40,278 bases of DNA, taken from the NCBI GenBank assembly GCA_013115145.1, contig JAAPAO010000315.1, positions 1 through 40,278 of the forward strand, written 5' to 3'. The translations under genes were made by a program, and so were the position numbers. The stretch comes from Perkinsus chesapeaki ATCC PRA-425 (Eukaryota > Protista > Perkinsozoa). Of this stretch, positions 33,501 to 40,278 are shown piece by piece (position 1 is the stretch's first letter; each line of letters starts with the position of its first letter). The notes beneath the pieces are model-generated. The model ran no database searches and was not told where the DNA came from. It saw only the letters and a program-made list of their open reading frames with translations.

Positions 33501-36500
33501 CCAAAGCAGAAGAGAAAAAGAGCTCTCTTCACTGAAAACGCCGGCGTCCAGAATGAAGGGCAACACCGGCCCACTCGCCGCACCAGAGTAGTGCTGGGCG
33601 AATAAGGAAGGCGTGTCACAGGAGACAATCCGACACAAACGATCGGTGAACACCACTAGCATTGTCGCAGTCACGAGCCTGACCGCATCAGAAGCTCTAT
33701 CTGATCTGCAATCGATGCTGAACGCTGCAGCTGCGAAGTGCCTTGTGAGGAGATGAGTGTACTGCAGCAAGTAGTAGCGGTTTGCTTCTACTCTCAACTC
33801 GGGAAGCGCCCAGAATTTCTCGTCGGTCGGCAAGGGAATAACCTTGCACATCGCGTGCGCTATGAGAGCAAATGATGTTTGCTGGGCTTGTGGAAGTTGC
33901 TCTGACTGATTCTGGAGCAGAGCCACGCAGTTGACCATTTCGTGCAAGAAATCTCTAAGTTGTGAAACTGACGTTATCCTGTCAGTTTGCAAAGAGCACA
34001 AGTTGACCGGCACCAACGTTGCTGGCGGTTTCGGTGGTCCTGCCCACTCTTCGACGTTCTCCAGCTTCGACAGCCGATCAAACCAAGGGAACTCCAGGTC
34101 TTTTTCCGAGTACCTAACACAATACAATAATAACGCTTACGTCACAGTGTGGCGGTCACACAAAGCTACAAGTAGAAGTTTTAAGAGGTCGTCTCGCTAT
34201 GCCTATTGGTAAAAACCCTTCAATCCGCGGTGACCGTTCATTGGGTACTATAGACTCGTTGCGGACGTACATGAGCGATAAAGCGATGTAGTACTCATAT
34301 AAAAGCAAACCGTGATATGAAATTATTATTATAAAACCGTCAAATGTGAAATTATTATTGTAAAACCGTCAAATGTGAAATAATTATTATAAAACCGTCA
34401 AATGTGAAATTATTATTATAAAACCGTCAAATGTGAAATTATTATTGTAAAACCGTCAAATGTGAAATTATTATTGTAAAACCGTCAAATGTGAAATTAT
34501 TATTATAAAACCGTCAAATGTGAAATTATTATTATAAAACCGTCAAATGTGATAATTTAATACGAGAATTCGCATTGACAAATATAACCCATTAACATAA
34601 TTAAGACCACACTGTGGAGTTACCCATTGCGGTCTATTCTCTTGGAAACTTTCCTAGAAGAACTCCATCACTTCCCTGCCTATACTTTTCTAAGGAAAGC
34701 ATGAAAATCGATCACGCTATATGGCAGTCCCAGGCTACTGTGAACACATTATCGTGTGAACTTTAGAGTAGCGCCACTATGACACAAGGCACTCACCGTA
34801 TTTCTCCATCCGGCATTTTCGGAGGTTCCCACTGTTGTTGGCTCTCATCAGGACACGAGAGTGTGGCTTCAATAGCAGCCTCTATCCCAGCTGTTTGATT
34901 GGATATGAATTCAGAAGTTGTGTTGGGATACCTGAAGAAGGAAATACACAACAGAAGGCCGAAGTAGGAGTCCAACTATGCAGCACTTTTCCATTTACGA
35001 TCGACGAATTCGAGAAACTCTCCTGAGAAAATTGATTACATCTAGGAGAGGTTCTGTCCCCGTTGCAATGAACCGCGCAACGTTGTATATGCTCCGAGGT
35101 CAGACAGATCAAAGAATTAGATCTGATCCATTCAAGGTTAGGTAATTTGGAGTCCATAGTTGACATCATCGATACTCGTTCGCAGATGCTCGGTATGATG
35201 TCACAGCGTCTGATGGTAGACGCTGAATCAGCGCAGTGTGAAAAACGCTCTCACGAACTAACATACGTTCCTATCAACAACTGGATCATGATCGATTCGG
35301 CTAGTCCAGAGTAAAAAAGCGTTGTTGTAATGTTACCAACATGGTCACTCGAAACTGCATAAGGATCAAACACACTGTATGTGATAAAACCTATAATAAT
35401 AAACGACGATACATGTTAATAAAATATGATAAATAATGAATACATTCAATAAATGATAATGAATAAAGTACTCGTGGAACATTACCACTGATAAAAAACT
35501 GATATAGTAAATGGTCAGTAGCGAACTGGTAATATAGTCTTACGATTCTTGCGTCGGCATGTCACTTACAGTTTTTTATGTTCGGCTGCATACCAAGCCA
35601 ATCCTCTACACAACAGGCGCCGAGTTCTTTGTGTCATTCCCATAAGAGTCTTTCCGGGCAGAAGACTGAGTAAGGTCTCTCTAGTGGAGACAAACGCTGT
35701 CCAGTATGCTGTGGACTCGTCTAGGGAAAGGGGTGAAGGTAGCCAACGAAGGAGCTGAGGGGACACAATTTGTGCCACAGCACATTTCACCCGAACCCAC
35801 GACTGCAAGGATCTTACGTACCACTGGTACGGTACCAGTAAATTCTTACGGGGAAAATATGACATATATTATGTAAAACTATAAGCAATATAGCGTGAAC
35901 GAAGGCACAAAGTGTCCTTAATTGGGAAATTTGTTTCTAGGTCAAAATTGAACATCAAATCACTCGATCCAAATGTATCCCTTCTGCGGGCATTCAGTCA
36001 ACGTGGCACGTTGAATGCGCCCGTGATGGAGAGGTACCCAACGGACCATCCCACCTTACTGTATAAAGCGCAGCAGAGCACGTAACGGAAAACGAGTAAT
36101 CCCCACCAGGAGCCGGCGGCATCCACATTGAATTCTCGGTCATTCGAGGATACTTCTGAAAAACAATTCCGAGCACACAAGCTCTCGCAAAACTGCCTAC
36201 ATTCATTTGCGACTCGATAGGAGTGTCGTTTAAAAAAGGCAGTAGTGTTCCAAAAATGAACTTCGCTCCGCCGGACTTCTTCGCCGGCAAAATCAGCACT
36301 TTCAGGAGTTCTATCCAAAACGTGGACACCTCCAAGCGCTCTCGCGGGACATCGTCAAAAACCAAAGGGTTGAGTCTCAACTCTCCCAGGCCATCGTGGT
36401 AAACAGGGAAATACCGCAGTGCATCGCCGCCCCCGCAGCAGGCAACTGCGACTTGGAATTTATCGTTGCCACATACTCGGACCAGCAAGAGGATCATCCG

Positions 36501-38377
36501 GCTCGGACAGCCGGCTGGAATGAGCACAACTTGTCCGGGAGCCAGCTGTTTAACTCTGGATGCTATCGAGATGGCGAGATCTAGTAGAGATTGGTACACG
36601 TTACGGCGAATCTGAAAAGAACCACTGTACCACGGGCACATGCGTATATTCAATACTCAAAATGACATCGCTGGGGCTCGAACCAGCGAGCTTTGGCCTG
36701 GCGAGATTGATTTACCTCTTGAGTCGCCTTCTTAGTGATAGGTTGCGGAATTGCGCGACACATAGAAGCTGCCGCTGAGAAAACACTGCCAACACTCTGC
36801 GGTATATTGGTGATTCGGCTAATCATCTGAAAGCAAAGACACTGACTCGAAAGCAATACGCTTCCAATTCAGAGAAGAAAATTGCTCGCCGCTACTGACT
36901 TTAAATCAGGACTCTCAGAGTCCGACTTTCGACTCGGAAGTAACTCACAGCAATTCCTGTTTCGTATTCCTTCATTTTCTCTTTCCCTAATAATCGTCAG
37001 GAAGCGCAATTCGGAGGAATGGTTAATCGGAAAGGATGGAGCAAACTACGGCAGCTCAACTGCCACACAAAGGGGACAGGGGTAAGTACGCTATACAGGT
37101 ACTTCATGTAGGTTTAGAAATTCTGAAACGGAAGTCGATTAAGTCGACCTTTTTCCAAAGATCTGAGAGGCTACGAAATTTGAAAAAATTTCATGAACGC
37201 CACTATACTGTCTTCCAAGGCTTGGCTCACCAAAGCAAAGATCTCCAAAGTCTTCTGCATTGTAGCAACCATACCATAATCAACACTCGTAGACTGGTAG
37301 TCTTCCATCTCGTGTTCTGGTGACACATCAGGTGATGCGACTATGCCAACCTGAGTCAAGCAGACTAGCTCGAGGAAAGCTTGTGGAAAAATAATGGATA
37401 ATAAAGATATTTAATGGGCACAATATTCGATATAATATTCAATAGTGTGGTACTACACACTAAACTGTGTACCCACACTGTGGGCCCACAGTGTCATTGC
37501 GCAGGGTTACCACGCACACACTCCTTTCACTCCCAACTCCGTAGAATCCGCATATCATATCTCCAAGCGTGCTCCTCTTACCACGTCCTTCGGGAGGCAC
37601 TTATCGACTCCATGCTCCGCCGCGACTTCGTGTATTGCTCGATTCTGAGCCACTAACACTTTCCAAACGCTCCCTGACAGATCCCTACCTGCGCCGTCCT
37701 TATCAGTTTTTTCTTCGACCGATGCGCTTCATCAATTATCTTCTTCGCGCCCTTCTCGGATGAGGATGAAAGTGAGGACTCTAAAGACGAATGTAGTCAA
37801 CTGTGGGACTGTTGTAACTGTTATGCAATAATGGTAATGATTTACTACTAACCAAATCATTACGGCCGAGATTGCCAACAAAACCTGAATGCTCGTGGAG
37901 GATACCGAACGACTGGAATCATCGGAGCTTTATTCACGAAAACGTCTCCCGCAATTTCTGGTTCCAAATAGGTATCACTTTACCCTATATTGGATGTCAT
38001 AGCAGGTCGAAGAAATTAGCTAGATTACCGATAATCCAGTTAATCTGTTAATATAGTAAATTATGATAATCAGATTATCTTTAGCAGTTTCACCCGCAAA
38101 AGGCGATTGGGAAAAGTCCACTCAGTAATAGAGTAAAATATCCCGCAAAATGCCGTACCACGGCCAGGCACCGACATCCCCCATATAAGTGATCTTAATT
38201 TAACTTAAACAAATGAGAAGAACTATAAATCCAGCCCGACAATCTCCCCGTCGCCCGCGCACCTTGGTAAGATTCATCCGATAGATCATCCGATGCAATC
38301 GGCACCGAAGCGTCGCATAACATATCTCGGAGCACCCCGTCCATGTACGCGCTTTCTACCAGTGTAGAGGCAGCCAT
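21580..38377 (-). CDS. Giant (estimated about 3,900-4,000 aa) DUF3638/DUF3645-type P-loop/helicase-like protein with EF-hand-like and Vps62-like C-terminal domains
   Basis: In-phase exons include 38263-38377 (probable start MAASTLV), 36716-36826, 36060-36611, 34797-34931, 27284-34113 (6,830 nt), about ten small exons between 27205 and 23665, and 21580-23619. Motifs: QMIMGAGKTT (28662-28691), MDEVD (about 28167-28181), LAVPYVGKDRPSATSEFSHPDV, SGQELG/GFSGTP, ALIDCGALITG, RFTFYDHIHTTGMDI...LGKDTTFRDFAQSAFRLRG, an EQEQ run, and YRLIWSE...NVWRPIAPSEDFVAVGVV...RCLPK (Vps62-like). Family names are from motif recall. Confidence 0.82.
25723..25763. repeat. 16-bp perfect stem hairpin with 9-nt loop, intronic
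   Basis: AGACTTTGATAATACT-ATTATACAA-AGTATTATCAAAGTCT. Confidence 0.9.
34320..34551. repeat. 29-bp minisatellite, 8 tandem copies, intronic
   Basis: Unit AAATTATTATTATAAAACCGTCAAATGTG with an A/G variant and one TA variant; no spacers between units. Confidence 0.97.
35817..35838. repeat. 22-bp 7-8-7 chained inverted repeat in an intron (inferred TSD CGTACCAG)
   Basis: CGTACCA + CTGGTACG + GTACCAG. Confidence 0.75.
36659..36695 (-). pseudogene. tRNA 3'-half-like fragment in a 104-nt intron
   Basis: CAAAGCTCGCTGGTTCGAGCCCCAGCGATGTCATTTT, 30/37 identical without gaps to the fragment at 21498-21534. Confidence 0.55.
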
Positions 38378-38589
38378 CAGTACTCAATTCGATATAATGC
38401 TACTAAACACACACTAGATCATAATAATCTATATCTATCTAATCATTGGCGGCACCATGCCAAGTTATACCGACAACTGGTTGAGGCGCAACTCAAGCTT
38501 TTGATATGATTCAGTGTAAGTGAAGAAGCCCGCAGTGGAGAGCGACACGGCATTGTAGGATTCTACAGTGCGCGCGATTGAGTTAGTGT

Positions 38590-39110
38590 ATCTTTTTGCT
38601 GTGCTTGAGATTCGCCATGAATCACAGGCTTTGATCCTGGAATGTTGTCACGGACTGTCGGTAAATCACTATCCCTGCCGCCAAGACCCGTTCCGTGGTG
38701 GGATCTTTTGGCTGCCCAAACCATAACGCAATCTTATCAGCTTCAGGAAAGTATCACGGCGTTCACGCCATAGCCGCCTTTCGCCGGGCGGATACCGTCA
38801 CTCGCCATGAAAAGACGGTTAAACTTCCGATAGGGCCCATGTGTCCAAAATTGAGATTTCCTGCTTGACTTTAAATATGGGCATTGCGCTAGCAATACGT
38901 ATCTTCGCCACATACGTTGCTCTTTCTCTCCAGCAACTCTATGATGAGTTATATTCAACCCGAAAACTACCTACGGACTGCATAGCGACTCTGTGCTCTT
39001 TTTCACGCGGCCAAGGTCACTCCCGAAATACTAAAATCACTTCAAATAGTTGCTCTTCCTTTTCCTCAGCAGTCCTCCGGATAATTGTATTCCCGGAAAC
39101 TGTCTACTAA
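38590..39110 (+). mobile_element. Possible degenerate hAT-type transposase N-terminal (TTF zinc-finger-like) remnant
   Basis: Broken frames give SP*ITGFDPGMLSRTV, then AAFRRADTVTRHEKTVKL (open frame 38665-38868), then YSTRKLPTDCIATLCSF. Resemblance by eye only; no TIRs were identified. Confidence 0.2.
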
Positions 39111-40278
39111 ACACGTAGCTCCTCTTTTTCACCCGGCCAACATCACTTCCGAACTCAATGCCAAATACTGACCAATATGAAACTTTAAAATGATAGCTTT
39201 ACTCAGAGCGTAACAAGCCCGACAAAACCATGTGATAGCGACCCGCTCATTCGGCCCGCTCCAGGTCCCGCGATTGGCTGGTGCTGCTGGCCACCTGAGT
39301 TTACAAGTGCAAGGCAATCGGATTGTCATTTCATTGCGTAAGGTGACAAAGTTGACGCCGCCGGCGCCTGTGGAGTAATTGTTAAATTGAAAGGATTTGC
39401 ATTGCAATGTTTATACCAAGAGTTGAAGAAACGAAGCAAATAATAAAGCATACATAAATTTATATCATAAATCGTTAACCGAATAGCAAGTCAAATGCAA
39501 AGATACTCGAAGATATCTGAAGTCTTAATTAATGAATTAATTCCCGAGTCACTTGCATCTAATTAATTATCTAATAGATTAAGAAAGCTAGGTACATAAA
39601 TAAATACATTCGACAGTTACAACAAAAGACAGTGTAGAGGATATCACTTTTTACTAGATCAAGTAAAATACGATGTCCTATTATCAAGATAAGTTAGATA
39701 GTTAATTGCATCCCAATAGACTGACCTCTAGCCTAGGCCGCCTTCCCCCCTCTACCATAAGATTGGATGGCATGAACCCAGTGGCTCGGTTAACATGACG
39801 TGCCACTTGACCAAGTAGGCAGCATTGACAGAACAGGGATTTGATCTGACAAAAATTCTTTAAAAAATTCACGGAAATTTTTCGGAAAAATACCTAAAAT
39901 AAGTCGCTTGGGCCAAGACCGAAATTAGTTAGAAAGAAAAAGATCTCGAACCACTTTACGAATTTCACCAAAATTTGCAATTTAATTTCGGAGAAGGGAT
40001 TGGACAAGCTAAGACCGGATCTAGCTGTCGATAATTTTGCCAGTTGAGACCTCCCCGCGAACTGCCCATCCCAAAATACTACCACCAATTTTAAAGACGT
40101 CGGTGAAGTACCAGCATCCTGAATATTATAAAACCTCACTACGGTTTGGGCGGCATCGAACCTGCTAGAAGAGACTACTGCAAGCATCAGCGCTGAGTGA
40201 AAATGCCTCGGAATGCGACACGAAATTTCACATGTGATTTGATGGATGAAGTTTTAGCATCTGACTTTATAATGAGAT

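Noticed and set aside
34320-34551. 29-bp repeats as a CRISPR array
   Set aside because: Units are contiguous with no unique spacers, lie in a eukaryotic intron, and no cas genes are present.
3140-37482. CACTGTG (RSS/Transib heptamer) occurrences
   Set aside because: The count is about that expected for a 7-mer in 40 kb, and there is no nonamer or TIR pairing.
39894-40187. 97-aa minus-strand ORF near the window end
   Set aside because: It may be an exon of a gene extending out of the window, but I cannot assign it.

Overview
Eukaryotic, intron-rich genomic DNA with short GT-AG introns and a 98-N scaffold gap. Gene content and style suggest a Perkinsus-like alveolate; this is inference, not a database match. 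Five genes lie head-to-tail on the minus strand: (1) a subtilisin (S8) gene with an in-frame TAG, probably a pseudogene; (2) an OPR/HPR-like helical-repeat protein; (3) AP-1 gamma-adaptin, about 20 exons; (4) a CDC50/LEM3 flippase subunit; (5) a roughly 4,000-aa DUF3638/DUF3645-type helicase-like protein with EF-hand-like and Vps62-like C-terminal modules. Non-coding DNA holds two intronic minisatellites, several hairpins and three tRNA 3'-half-like fragments. The most striking signal is six exact 22-bp motifs unrelated in sequence but identical in architecture: the first 7 nt of an 8-mer, then the reverse complement of the whole 8-mer, then its last 7 nt. This is the scar predicted when an 8-bp-TSD (hAT-type) transposon excises through flanking hairpins whose opened overhangs anneal. 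Exon models were traced by hand and some internal exons remain unresolved.
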